This document shows positions 1 to 9,535 of a stretch of DNA of 64,000 nucleotides, in pieces (the stretch's first letter is position 1; every line of letters starts with the position of its first letter). Below the pieces are notes generated by a model. It was not told the DNA's origin and searched no databases. It saw only the letters and a list, made by a program, of their open reading frames with translations. Source of the DNA: Thermodesulfobacteriota bacterium (GTDB lineage: Bacteria; Desulfobacterota; Binatia; Bin18); assembly GCA_964291405.2 (NCBI GenBank), contig OZ219926.1:4544001-4608000 (forward strand), given 5' to 3'. A program made the position numbers and the translations under genes.

Positions 1-2
1 AG

Positions 3-716
3 ATTCGTTTCAGCCGCCTCTTTTCCGAGATCGGTTATTTTGGCGGACTGGAGAAAACCGTGGTGCAGAATGCCGGCGGTGGAACTGAGATAGCTGACCT
101 CTCAAATGTTGAGCCCAACACCAAGGCCATTATCCCGCCAACAGACAAGCGTATGGTCTTTAACTCCGGCAACGAGATGTGGCACACCGACAGCTCGTTC
201 AAGCGTGTTCCGGCAACCGCCTCTCTGCTGTCCGGCCGCGAAGTCCCACCGACTGGAGGAGAGACCGAGTTTGCGACCGAGCGAGCCGCCTACGCCGACC
301 TGTCCGCAGCCCTGCGCAAGCGGATCGATCCACTGGTCGCTATCCACGATTTTGCGTATAACCGCAGCCTGATTGATCCGAAGCTGATGACCGAGGAACA
401 GAAGCGGGAGACCCCGCCAGTACCGCAGGCGGTAGTCCGGGCCAACCCGGCCAACGGTCGCAAGAATTTCTATGCCGGGGCCCACGCCTCACATATACGC
501 GGGATGCCGTTCGAAGAAGGCCGGGCGCTGCTCCGGGAACTGAATGCTATCGCCACTCAGCCCAAATACACCCTTTGTCACTCTTGGCGCGATAATGATC
601 TCGTGATCTGGGACAACCGTTGCTGCCTCCATCGGGGCCGCCCCTGGGATAAAGCCCGCCATCGCCGGATTATGTATCGCACGACGGTCGCGGGGGTCGG
701 GCCGACCGCGGAGTAG
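3..716 (+). CDS. TauD/TfdA-family Fe(II)/2-oxoglutarate dioxygenase (5'-partial)
   Basis: WHTDSS (HxD) and WDNRCCLHRGR motifs; frame open back to the window edge. Confidence 0.9.
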   Translation: MRFSRLFSEIGYFGGLEKTVVQNAGGGTEIADLSNVEPNTKAIIPPTDKRMVFNSGNEMWHTDSSFKRVPATASLLSGREVPPTGGETEFATERAAYADLSAALRKRIDPLVAIHDFAYNRSLIDPKLMTEEQKRETPPVPQAVVRANPANGRKNFYAGAHASHIRGMPFEEGRALLRELNAIATQPKYTLCHSWRDNDLVIWDNRCCLHRGRPWDKARHRRIMYRTTVAGVGPTAE

Positions 717-837
717 GAAGCGGTTATAATACCATCTCTTCCTTGAGAGGGGCAGTTGAAATCCAGAGAGGCTGTCTGACATCAGCCTATACTGCCGAGT
801 CTGCTGACAGCTCCCCTGACCCGAGACTTGCTTCTAA

Positions 838-856
838 TGCTATCATTTTGATATCA
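838..856 (+). promoter_or_regulatory. Putative FitA-type antitoxin operator
   Basis: TGCTATCA-N3-TGATATCA inverted repeat just upstream of the antitoxin gene; half-site matches the known Neisseria FitA half-site TGCTATCA. Confidence 0.55.
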
Positions 857-885
857 ATACGGATAAAATCTGGAGGCTGTGAGTC

Positions 886-1122
886 ATGGCTCAGGTACTT
901 GTGCGAAACTTGGACGAAAAAACTGTTACTCAACTGAAGAAGCGAGCTGCGGAGAACGGACGCTCCCTCCAGGCTGAGTTGAAGTTGTTGCTTGAGCAAG
1001 CGATACGGCCTGATGGGATGGATACGTGGCAGAGAGTGAAGCAGTTTCGAGCAAAAATGAAAAAGTCGCGGCGAACTTTTACCGATAGTGCGCTGCTTAT
1101 CCGCGAGGACCGTAAACGGTGA
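886..1122 (+). CDS. FitA-like ribbon-helix-helix antitoxin
   Basis: MAQVLVRNLDE...RAAENGRSLQAE signature; overlaps downstream PIN gene by 4 nt. Confidence 0.85.
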   Translation: MAQVLVRNLDEKTVTQLKKRAAENGRSLQAELKLLLEQAIRPDGMDTWQRVKQFRAKMKKSRRTFTDSALLIREDRKR

Positions 1123-1544
1123 GTACCTATGTTGTTGATACCAGCGTTGCCGTTAAATGGTTCTTACCAGAAGTCCACAGTGAGGCAGCCCTACGGCTCC
1201 ATGCCCCAACTCATCGCCTGCACCTCCCCGCATTCTCGATCGTGGAGTTCGGAAATGTCCTGTGCAAAAAGGTTAGACGCAACGAGGTGACGATTGCGGA
1301 AAGCGAATCCATCTTCGCCTTGTTTCAACGGCTTTCCCTGACCATTCATCCGGATGAAGAATCTTTATCACTCGCCTTTGATCTGGCTCACCTGACCCAG
1401 CGAAGTCTGTACGACTGCCTGTATTTGGCGCTCGCTATCGGACTGACAGGAGAAATGGTCACTGCGGACAGGAAATTCTTCAATGCACTGAAGGATAGTG
1501 AATTTAGCCCCCATCTCTGTTGGGTGGAAAGTACACCGGAGTGA
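1119..1544 (+). CDS. vapC: PIN-domain toxin (VapC family)
   Basis: VVDTSVAVKW, SLYDCLYLALA and VTADRK acidic PIN motifs. Confidence 0.9.
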   Translation: MSTYVVDTSVAVKWFLPEVHSEAALRLHAPTHRLHLPAFSIVEFGNVLCKKVRRNEVTIAESESIFALFQRLSLTIHPDEESLSLAFDLAHLTQRSLYDCLYLALAIGLTGEMVTADRKFFNALKDSEFSPHLCWVESTPE

Positions 1545-1612
1545 AGGTCAGGTAAGCGATGAGGAATAGCTTGCAGTGAAACATGCGTCCATCCAATGCC
1601 GACCGGAGAGAT

Positions 1613-2872
1613 TCATGCAGCGTTCTTCTCTGCCAACTCCCTCACCTTCTCTTCCTCCATCAAAACCCCGGCCTCGGTGAGCCGGGCAATCTCGGCTGCG
1701 GAATAGCCCAGATGGGTGCCGAGAATCGCCGCATTATGCTGGCCGACGAGCGGTGCCGGACCCTGCACTTCGCGCGGAGTTTCGGAAAAGACGAAGGGCG
1801 CATTGGTAATTTCCATCCGACCAAACACGGGATGCTCGACTTCGGCGATCATCCCGCGGGCTCGGATATGCGGATGATGAAATGCCTGGCCAACATCAAG
1901 AATAGGCGCGCAGGGAATGCGGGCTTCTGCGAGCGCGCTCAGGGCCGCGTCATTGCTCGGGAAGGACTGGAGCCAGGCTTCAATCATGGTGACGAGTTCG
2001 TCCCGGTTTTCGAGCCGCTGCTCATTGGTCCCGAACTTCGGATCAGTCACTAGGTCTTCGCGACCCATGGCTTTTGCCAGTTGGGGAAATTGATGCTCAA
2101 CCGCCTGGAGCACGATATAGCCCTCTTTGCCTTGGAAGACGCCCAGGGGAGCTATCCCAAAGTGATGCGTACCAAAGCGCTTCGGATTCTGTTCACCACG
2201 GGTGAGGGCGTACAGGGGAACGTTGATCATATCCATGAAGAAGAGCGAATCGACCTGGGAGATATCGATCAACTGACCTTTGCCGCTGCGGTCCCGGTAG
2301 AAGAGCGCCGCGCACACCGCCAGGGCCGCGTGCACGCCGGTGTTGGTGTCTCCAATATAATTGCCGACGTACTGGGGCGGGCCGTCCGGATCGCCGGTCA
2401 TATGCATCACGCTACTCATGGCCTGTCCAATGATGTCGTAACTCGTGTTTTTCGATAACGGACCGGTCTGGCCAAAACCCGAACAGGAAGCCATGATGAT
2501 CTTGGGATTGATCCGGGCCACACTCTCATAGTCCAGTCCGAGGCGCGCCATGACTCCGGGCGCAAAGTTTTCAACCATCACGTCCACCTTGGCGATCAAT
2601 CCGGTGGCGATTTTCATGCCGTCCGGCTTCTTCAGATCGACGCACAGGCTTTTCTTGCCGGCACAGGTGTAGAGAAACATCGAACCCAGACCGCCCTCGA
2701 CCGGAAAAAGACTGCGGCCAAATTCTCCGTTCGGCGCTGGCTCAAGCTTAATGACCTCGGCCCCAAGATCGCTCAGAATCCGGGTACAGGTTGGCCCGGC
2801 CAAGGCGTGGGTAAAGTCGAGTACGGTGATCCCGCTGAGTAGCTTTGAACGGTCCGGATTGGACGCTGCCAT
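1613..2872 (-). CDS. CaiB/BaiF class III CoA-transferase
   Basis: LDFTHALAGP...LGAEVIKLE, VENFAPG, SGFGQTGP motifs. Confidence 0.9.
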   Translation of the reverse strand: MAASNPDRSKLLSGITVLDFTHALAGPTCTRILSDLGAEVIKLEPAPNGEFGRSLFPVEGGLGSMFLYTCAGKKSLCVDLKKPDGMKIATGLIAKVDVMVENFAPGVMARLGLDYESVARINPKIIMASCSGFGQTGPLSKNTSYDIIGQAMSSVMHMTGDPDGPPQYVGNYIGDTNTGVHAALAVCAALFYRDRSGKGQLIDISQVDSLFFMDMINVPLYALTRGEQNPKRFGTHHFGIAPLGVFQGKEGYIVLQAVEHQFPQLAKAMGREDLVTDPKFGTNEQRLENRDELVTMIEAWLQSFPSNDAALSALAEARIPCAPILDVGQAFHHPHIRARGMIAEVEHPVFGRMEITNAPFVFSETPREVQGPAPLVGQHNAAILGTHLGYSAAEIARLTEAGVLMEEEKVRELAEKNAA

Positions 2873-2999
2873 GTCAGTTCCCCCTTTGTTTATCTCGCCG
2901 TTGTCATCTCATCTGCTCATGAATGGACGGCCTTCGTGTTTCTCTATATATCTCGTGTGGATAACGTAAAAGTCAACGCAAAGAAGAAAGGACACACGG

Positions 3000-3911
3000 A
3001 TGCGTATTGGTATGATGATCGGCGAAGGGGCGGGTGAGTCGCCCAGTATGGATGAAGTGATTCGGCGGGCCCAGCGCGCGGAGGAAGTCGGGCTCGATAG
3101 CGGCTGGCTGGCACATATCTTTTCACACGATGCCATTAATCTGCTCGCCCTGGTCGGTCGGGAGACCTCCCGCATTGAACTCGGAACGGCGGTCGTGCCG
3201 ACCTATCCGCGCCACCCCGTGGTGATGGGCCAGGCCGCACTGACCACACAAGCGGCGTGTAAGGGCCGTTTTACGTTGGGCATCGGATTGTCTCATCAGA
3301 TGGTGATCGAGGGCATGTTCGGCCTGTCGTATACCCGTCATATGGCCCATATGCGCGATTATCTGAGTGTTTTGAAACCGGTATTGCGTGGCGAGGCAGT
3401 AAAATACCAAGGTGAAGAATACCGCGCCAACCTTGAGGTTGCGGTCCCAGGCGCCGATCCGGTTCCGCTCGTGCTGGCTGCGCTCGGACCCAAAATGCTT
3501 GACCTGTGTGGACGTGAGGCCCAAGGCACGGTGACTTGGATGGCCGGCCATAAGGCGCTCAAAGACCATGTCGTCCCGCGGATCACCGCAGCGGCCCAAG
3601 CGGCCGGTGCATCGGCACCGCGCGTCATTGCCGGGGTGCCGATGGCTGTTACCAATGATCGACAAGACGCCCTCGGAGTGGCTACAAAGGTCTTCGCCAT
3701 TTACGGCCAACTGCCCGCCTATCGGGACATGTTGGATCGAGGGGGAGCCCAGGCCCCGGTTGATATGATTCTGGCAGGTGACACCAGTGTCATCAAAGAT
3801 GAGGTCAAACGCCTGGAAGATATCGGCGTCACCGATCTCTGTGCCTTTGTCTTTCACGCCGATGACACGGCGTTTGAGCGAACTGTCGATTTCCTGGGCT
3901 CGCTGAACTGA
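3000..3911 (+). CDS. Luciferase-like monooxygenase family oxidoreductase, probably F420-dependent
   Basis: ELGTAVVPTYPRHP, GRFTLGIGLSH, LAALGPKML motifs. Confidence 0.85.
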   Translation: MRIGMMIGEGAGESPSMDEVIRRAQRAEEVGLDSGWLAHIFSHDAINLLALVGRETSRIELGTAVVPTYPRHPVVMGQAALTTQAACKGRFTLGIGLSHQMVIEGMFGLSYTRHMAHMRDYLSVLKPVLRGEAVKYQGEEYRANLEVAVPGADPVPLVLAALGPKMLDLCGREAQGTVTWMAGHKALKDHVVPRITAAAQAAGASAPRVIAGVPMAVTNDRQDALGVATKVFAIYGQLPAYRDMLDRGGAQAPVDMILAGDTSVIKDEVKRLEDIGVTDLCAFVFHADDTAFERTVDFLGSLN

Positions 3912-3931
3912 ATGGCTAGTGCGCATCTGCT

Positions 3932-5389
3932 ATGACCCTCAGCGTGAAAACCCTTGTCCGTAGTCTCCTGTGCCTGGTCGTGCTGGGTGCCGTATACACA
4001 GGAGCGTACGCCTTTTTGCTGGCCCGCCACGAGCGGGCCGTCCAGCACGCGGCCCTGCAAAAAGTCACGTTTTTCTCTCTGGTCGGAGCGGGGAATACGG
4101 GTGCGCTTGAAACCGGCATGCAGATGTTTGATAGGGTCCGCAGACTGGAGGTTCAGTCCGTCCCCCGTTTTGTTGACTTTCTGTGGCAGGCTCCCGAAAC
4201 CGCAATGCCGAACGCGCGCATTCTTGAGGACTGGGCCGGACGTTTCTTTTCTTCGTGTGAGGATGCCGTCTGTCAGGGCCTGTCTCTGCGTGGGCTCAAT
4301 CTCCGGGGGATGCGCCTGAGCGGAGCCCGTTTAGCCCAGGCCGATTTGAGCGGCAGCGATTTACAAGAGGCAGACCTCTCTGAGGCAGATTTGAGCGAAG
4401 CCGACCTGCGTGGGGCGAACCTGACCGGTGCCCGCCTGGTTGGCACGCGCCTGCGCTATACGAATTTTCTGGATGCTCGATTAACGCAGGCTGACCTGGA
4501 GAACGCGAACCTGTCAGATGCCGAGTTGCCGGGCGTGAATCTCGGCCACGTCAATCTGCAATGGACGAAGCTGAACCGTACCAATCTGACCGGGGCCAAT
4601 CTGACCGGCGCCAATCTGTACGGCGCTGACCTGCGCGGCGCAAAGCTCGAAGGAATCAAGCTGTCTGGAGCCGTTCTGGTAGGGGTCGATCTCATAGGCG
4701 CCGGCCTCATAGAGGCGGACTTGCAGAGAGCTGACCTCGAAGAGGCTGATTTGATCGAGGCCAAGCTGCGTGGCGCAAACCTGGCGGGAGCGAACCTGAA
4801 AGCGACGAACCTGCATAAGGCGCATCTGTTTCAAGCCAATCTGAACCAGGCAACGCTTGCTGGCGCGGACCTGTTTCAAACCAATCTGGTGGGCGCAAGC
4901 TTAGCCAATGCTGACCTGAGCGGAGCGGAATTAAGACAGACCGACTTCAGCGGAGCCAATCTGAAAGGGGCGAACCTGACAGGGGCCAATCTGGCCGGTG
5001 CCGAGTTGTCCGGCGCGGAAATCGACGGCCACACCCAAATGGACGAAAAATGGCGTCTGGTCTGGGATATCGTCAACGAGAAGGGGAAAGTCACTCACCT
5101 GGCCGGTGCCAACCTGCGTGGCGCGGCCCTGGCCGGCGTCACCTTGGAGGGCGCCGATCTGAACGGAGCCGACCTGAGTGGAGCCATCCTGCGTTATGCC
5201 ATCCTCACCGATGCCGATATGACCGACAGTTTGCTGCAACGGGCGGATTTGCACGAGGCCGACTTGGCCGGGGCGAATCTGGCCGGGGCCGATTTAAGTG
5301 AGGTGCAGGGACTGACCAGAGAACAGCTCGAATCGGCCAAAACGTATGAAGCCGCGCGGCTGCCCGACTATCTGAACGGGCGGAAGTAA
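3932..5389 (+). CDS. Pentapeptide-repeat protein with N-terminal membrane anchor
   Basis: Hydrophobic N-terminal helix followed by dozens of A(D/N)Lxx repeats. Confidence 0.9.
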   Translation: MTLSVKTLVRSLLCLVVLGAVYTGAYAFLLARHERAVQHAALQKVTFFSLVGAGNTGALETGMQMFDRVRRLEVQSVPRFVDFLWQAPETAMPNARILEDWAGRFFSSCEDAVCQGLSLRGLNLRGMRLSGARLAQADLSGSDLQEADLSEADLSEADLRGANLTGARLVGTRLRYTNFLDARLTQADLENANLSDAELPGVNLGHVNLQWTKLNRTNLTGANLTGANLYGADLRGAKLEGIKLSGAVLVGVDLIGAGLIEADLQRADLEEADLIEAKLRGANLAGANLKATNLHKAHLFQANLNQATLAGADLFQTNLVGASLANADLSGAELRQTDFSGANLKGANLTGANLAGAELSGAEIDGHTQMDEKWRLVWDIVNEKGKVTHLAGANLRGAALAGVTLEGADLNGADLSGAILRYAILTDADMTDSLLQRADLHEADLAGANLAGADLSEVQGLTREQLESAKTYEAARLPDYLNGRK

Positions 5390-5440
5390 GTCGGCATGGA
5401 TTGAGCGTCCGTCAGGTCAGAACGCTCAGCCCGTCCCTGC

Positions 5441-6409
5441 TTACGCGAACTGCTTCAGAAATCCCAACAGCGCCTCGGTCACCTGCGTGGGGCGTTCCAT
5501 TTGCACCCAATGGCCGGCGCCCTCGATATACACCTTACCCCGTAAATCCGTCACAAAGTGATCCATCAGATCAACCCAGCCACCACCACCAAAAGACAGG
5601 ACCGGGTCCTTCTCCCCGGCAATAAAGAGCGCTGGCCTTTCGATCTTGGCGTTCTCCAACTGTGGGGTCAGCTCAAGGTTGCGATCAATATTGCGGTACC
5701 AATTGAGCGGGCCGCGAAAGCCGCTCTGCTCGTACTGAGCGACGTAATAATCGAGGTCCTCTTGGGTCAGCCAGGCCGGGCGCGTTTCCGGCTCGGGCAG
5801 GCCATCGAGGAATTTTGCGGTCGCGGGCTTCTGCATCAGCATGGCATTCGCCGGAGCATCGCCGGACGCGATATAATAGGTCAGGCGTAAGGTCTTCCGA
5901 ATATCAGCCTCAAACTCCGCTTCCGCCACCCCCGGTGTCTGGAAGTAGACGATATACCAGAAATTATCCCCAAAATTTTCCTGCCTGGTCATGGTCCCGG
6001 CCTGACCGCGCACATAGGGAACGCTCAGGCCGGCAACGGCTTTGACCCGCTCCGCGTGGAGCAGGGCCGTATGCCAGGCAACGGGTGCCCCCCAATCGTG
6101 GCCGACAACGAGGAATTGCTCATGGCCCAGGGCGGTTGCCAGGCCGGCGACATCATGGCTGAGGTCTACGATATTATAGGCGTCTATGGCTTCGGGTCGG
6201 TCGCTGCCCCCGTACCCACGCTGGTCCGGGACCGCAACCTGAAAGCCGGCTTCGACCAAGGGGTCGATTTGATGTCGCCACAAATACCAGCACTGCGGAA
6301 AGCCGTGGAGGAGAATGACGAGCGGTCCATCGCCCTCAACAACTGTTCGTAAACGAACGCCGTTGGTATCAATCATCTGAAAATTCCGGTTTTGCATGGA
6401 CGAGCTCAT
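5441..6409 (-). CDS. Alpha/beta-fold epoxide hydrolase
   Basis: LLHGFP, VGHDWGA nucleophile elbow, GAGHWVQME; start placed at ATG 6409 after a GGAGGG RBS. Confidence 0.88.
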   Translation of the reverse strand: MSSSMQNRNFQMIDTNGVRLRTVVEGDGPLVILLHGFPQCWYLWRHQIDPLVEAGFQVAVPDQRGYGGSDRPEAIDAYNIVDLSHDVAGLATALGHEQFLVVGHDWGAPVAWHTALLHAERVKAVAGLSVPYVRGQAGTMTRQENFGDNFWYIVYFQTPGVAEAEFEADIRKTLRLTYYIASGDAPANAMLMQKPATAKFLDGLPEPETRPAWLTQEDLDYYVAQYEQSGFRGPLNWYRNIDRNLELTPQLENAKIERPALFIAGEKDPVLSFGGGGWVDLMDHFVTDLRGKVYIEGAGHWVQMERPTQVTEALLGFLKQFA

Positions 6410-6454
6410 GAGAACTGCATCCCTCCAGGTCAGGCGTGTCGTATTGGGTTTCTT

Positions 6455-6485
6455 CACCCTCACCCCCAGGGCGGGGGTGAGGGTG
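6455..6485 (-). terminator. GC-rich hairpin downstream of LLM gene (terminator or REP-like)
   Basis: CACCCTCACCCCC-N5-GGGGGTGAGGGTG perfect 13-bp stem; no clear U-tract. Confidence 0.5.
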
Positions 6486-6492
6486 CCGCTAT

Positions 6493-7698
6493 CTACTTCG
6501 CGTTGGGCTGTCCTTGGGCTATATCGGCGATGGCCGGACGATAGCCGGTGTCTTTTTCGTAGCGCTCGATTTCCTTTGCCACGGCGTTCATGGCCCCACC
6601 AATCAGCGTGTCGTGGTCTGTTCGGCACCACTCTCTGGACGACACGGCTCGATCGGCGGAACTCTGGACGTGGGGGAAGACTTCTTTGGCCAACAGCTCA
6701 TAGGAGTTGAGGCAAGCCTGGCGCTCGGCCCAGTCATTGGCCATCAGCATATAGCAGCCAAAGCCACCGGACTGTTTGGTCAGCCGTTCGAGCTGAGCGA
6801 TCGCATCATCCGGCGTGCCGATGACCGCCGTTCCGGACTCAATCAGCGCTTGGGGCCATTTGCGCGGGTCCGACTCCTCCGGGGCGAGGGGCAGGGCCAC
6901 CACGTTCTGGAAGTAATCGACCCAGTCATAAATGCCGTACTCCACCTCTTTGAATGCCTGTTCGCGGGTGGGCGCAATATGCATCGGCCCGACCAAGCGC
7001 CAGGAGGACCGATCAACCGTATGACCGTATTCCTTGGCCTGGTCGTTCCAGACCTTCCAGTGATCGCCCAGAACGGCAAAACCACCCATGCTGGTCGCGC
7101 CCAGTGAGAGCAGGCCGGCACCATAGCGGCCCGCAGTCCGGGGACCGGCCGGGGAGACGGTTGCGGCGACCGCAATCTCAAAGTGCGGGTAGGTGTACGG
7201 CCGGAGCTGGAGGCGGGCGTCTTTCAGCGTGAACCAGTCGGTTTCCATATTGACCGGTTCGTCCGAGGTCAGAAGCTGTATGATTGCGCCCAGCGACTCT
7301 TCCATGCGTATGCGTTGCGTATCGGGTGCTATGCCCATCATATACGCGTCCGACGGCAGAGCGCCTGGGCCGACACCGAACATGGTCCGTCCGCGCGTCA
7401 TATGGTCGAGCTGAACAATACGATCGGCCAGGATCAAGGGATGGTGATAGGGCAGGGAGCTGACGCCGGTGCCTAAGCGAATATGGTTCGTCCGCTGGGC
7501 AGCCGCGGCAATAAACACCTCGGGCGAGGCAATGATCTCCAAACCGGCCGAATGGTGCTCACCGACCCAGGCTTCGTCATAGCCCAACTCGTCCAGGCGA
7601 ACGATGAGTTCCAGGTCACGCTCAAGGGCGAGGGTGGGATTTTGACCCGCGGGATGAAAGGGGGCCATAAAGATGCCAAACCGTAACGGGCGTTCCAT
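6493..7698 (-). CDS. Flavin-dependent LLM monooxygenase (limonene 1,2-monooxygenase-like)
   Basis: FGIFMAPFH, AWVGEHHS, GVGPGALPSDA motifs. Confidence 0.85.
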   Translation of the reverse strand: MERPLRFGIFMAPFHPAGQNPTLALERDLELIVRLDELGYDEAWVGEHHSAGLEIIASPEVFIAAAAQRTNHIRLGTGVSSLPYHHPLILADRIVQLDHMTRGRTMFGVGPGALPSDAYMMGIAPDTQRIRMEESLGAIIQLLTSDEPVNMETDWFTLKDARLQLRPYTYPHFEIAVAATVSPAGPRTAGRYGAGLLSLGATSMGGFAVLGDHWKVWNDQAKEYGHTVDRSSWRLVGPMHIAPTREQAFKEVEYGIYDWVDYFQNVVALPLAPEESDPRKWPQALIESGTAVIGTPDDAIAQLERLTKQSGGFGCYMLMANDWAERQACLNSYELLAKEVFPHVQSSADRAVSSREWCRTDHDTLIGGAMNAVAKEIERYEKDTGYRPAIADIAQGQPNAK

Positions 7699-7849
7699 AC
7701 TATCCTCCAGTTCCGGGTGTGACGGCCAGTCCTTCCTGGCCAGACTGGCGTTCTAGCCCGGTGATACAATACGAGACAATCGAACAACGTAAGCAAACCA
7801 TAGCGAACTCTCCGCTGGGGCTCAATGCGCGACTGGGCGTCTCAGTTTG

Positions 7850-9025
7850 TTATGTCTCAAGCAGACCCAAAGCTTGATAGGTCGCGTGTTCAAAGCGCTC
7901 ATATACGGGAATGGCCTTGACATCAAAAAAGGGCAGAATCTGCATCAGGATGACGCCGGTGACCTGCTTGGTCGGATCAATCCAGTAATAGGAGTTGAAG
8001 AGGCCGGCCCAGCTCAGGCTGCCAGCCGAGCGGGCTCCTGGCAGCGCGCTGGTATTAATCAAAAATCCCAGGCCGTGTTTATGCACGACCCCGGGGGAGA
8101 ATTTCACATCGTTGGAGAGCGGTGGGACGGCGGTGGTCATGTCTCCGGCGGCGAGGTCGCCAATATGGTTCTCTGACATCAGCGCAACGGTCTCGGGCTT
8201 GAGGATCTGCTGCCCGTTATGGCTGCCGCCTTTGAGGATCATCTGGACAAAGGCCAGATAGTCCGCAGCGGTCGAACTCAGCCCGTGCCCGCCGCTCTGG
8301 TATTCGGCGTCGGGCGTTACCAATTCAATATCCGTCGGGGCGAGTGTGCCGTCTTCACCACGCTGATGGACGCTGACCGTGCGGGTCTCCTGTTCCGCCG
8401 AACGCGTAAAACCGGTGTCTGTCATGCCCAGCGGCTCGAATACATTCCGGGCCAGATAGGCATCCAGAGTTTGGCCACTGACCGCCTCAACCAGTTGGCC
8501 GACCCAATCCGTATTGATCCCGTACTCCCAGCGTTCTCCCGGATCGCATACCAGTGGCATATTCAGCGCCGCTTTCTTGCCGCTGCCAATGCCCGGCTCT
8601 CCGGTTGCTTCCTGGTATTGGCCGAGACCGGGATTCCAGATCTCATAGCCAAACCCGGCGGTATGGGTCAAAAGTTGCCGGGCGGTGACGGGGCGTTTTG
8701 CCGGGCGGAGTTGCGGCTGTCCGGCGGCATCAAACCCTTCCAGCACCTGAGGCTGGGCGAGGGCGGGCATAATCTCACCTAGCGGCTGATCAAGTCCGAA
8801 TTTGCCCTGTTCGTAGAGCTGCATGGCCGCGACCGAGGCCACCGCTTTGGTCATGGACGCGATGCGAAAGACAGTGTCCGTTGTCATGGCCGGACCGGCA
8901 TTGAGCTTGCGCGTCCCAAATGCGCCGGCGTACACCGGCCCCGAGTCAGTGGCGACTGTGGCGACAACACCCGGAACATCCCCGGACTCCACCGCCTGAT
9001 TCAAAACGGCATCAATCTGTTGCAT
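7850..9025 (-). CDS. Serine hydrolase, beta-lactamase class C/EstB family
   Basis: IASMTK (SxxK), LLTHTAG, WEYG, WAGLFNSYYWIDP. Confidence 0.9.
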   Translation of the reverse strand: MQQIDAVLNQAVESGDVPGVVATVATDSGPVYAGAFGTRKLNAGPAMTTDTVFRIASMTKAVASVAAMQLYEQGKFGLDQPLGEIMPALAQPQVLEGFDAAGQPQLRPAKRPVTARQLLTHTAGFGYEIWNPGLGQYQEATGEPGIGSGKKAALNMPLVCDPGERWEYGINTDWVGQLVEAVSGQTLDAYLARNVFEPLGMTDTGFTRSAEQETRTVSVHQRGEDGTLAPTDIELVTPDAEYQSGGHGLSSTAADYLAFVQMILKGGSHNGQQILKPETVALMSENHIGDLAAGDMTTAVPPLSNDVKFSPGVVHKHGLGFLINTSALPGARSAGSLSWAGLFNSYYWIDPTKQVTGVILMQILPFFDVKAIPVYERFEHATYQALGLLET

Positions 9026-9040
9026 GGTTTTCCCTTCCTT

Positions 9041-9517
9041 TCATTCCTGAGCATCTGGTGTGACTTTGATAGCTACGGTCTTGCCCGACTCCACACGGCT
9101 CACCCGTGGCCGCGCAAAGCCCAACCAGGCAAGCCAGTATTTATTGTTATAGGCTTCACCCATGCGTTCGACGATAGCCGCGTCCGTAAAAATCTCGGCT
9201 TTGCCGGTAAACGTAGGACCGTCTCTCCCTCCGATGGCGATCCGCACCGTGTTGCGCCCATCCAGAATACGCTTGGCTTTATACGAGCCTGGTGAGGCGG
9301 TGAGATAGATTACCTCATCGGCATACCAGAACCAGACCGGTGCTGCGCTGCCCCACTCGCCACTCTTGCGTTTGGTAGAAACATAGATCTCCTTAGCCGT
9401 GTGGAGCTGAGCAATCGTGTCGCTGTCCAGGGCCGCTGTCGTCCGGACCATGCCCGGAATGAGTCCGGCCAGGCAGAGCATGAGCAGGATAAGCAGTGCG
9501 GAAAAGGTGGACATCAT
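9041..9517 (-). CDS. Exported PNPOx-like split-barrel protein
   Basis: Signal-like N-terminus; STKRKSGE...PVWF...YKAKRI pattern. Confidence 0.6.
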   Translation of the reverse strand: MMSTFSALLILLMLCLAGLIPGMVRTTAALDSDTIAQLHTAKEIYVSTKRKSGEWGSAAPVWFWYADEVIYLTASPGSYKAKRILDGRNTVRIAIGGRDGPTFTGKAEIFTDAAIVERMGEAYNNKYWLAWLGFARPRVSRVESGKTVAIKVTPDAQE

Positions 9518-9535
9518 ATCCTCCGGGCGAGCGTA

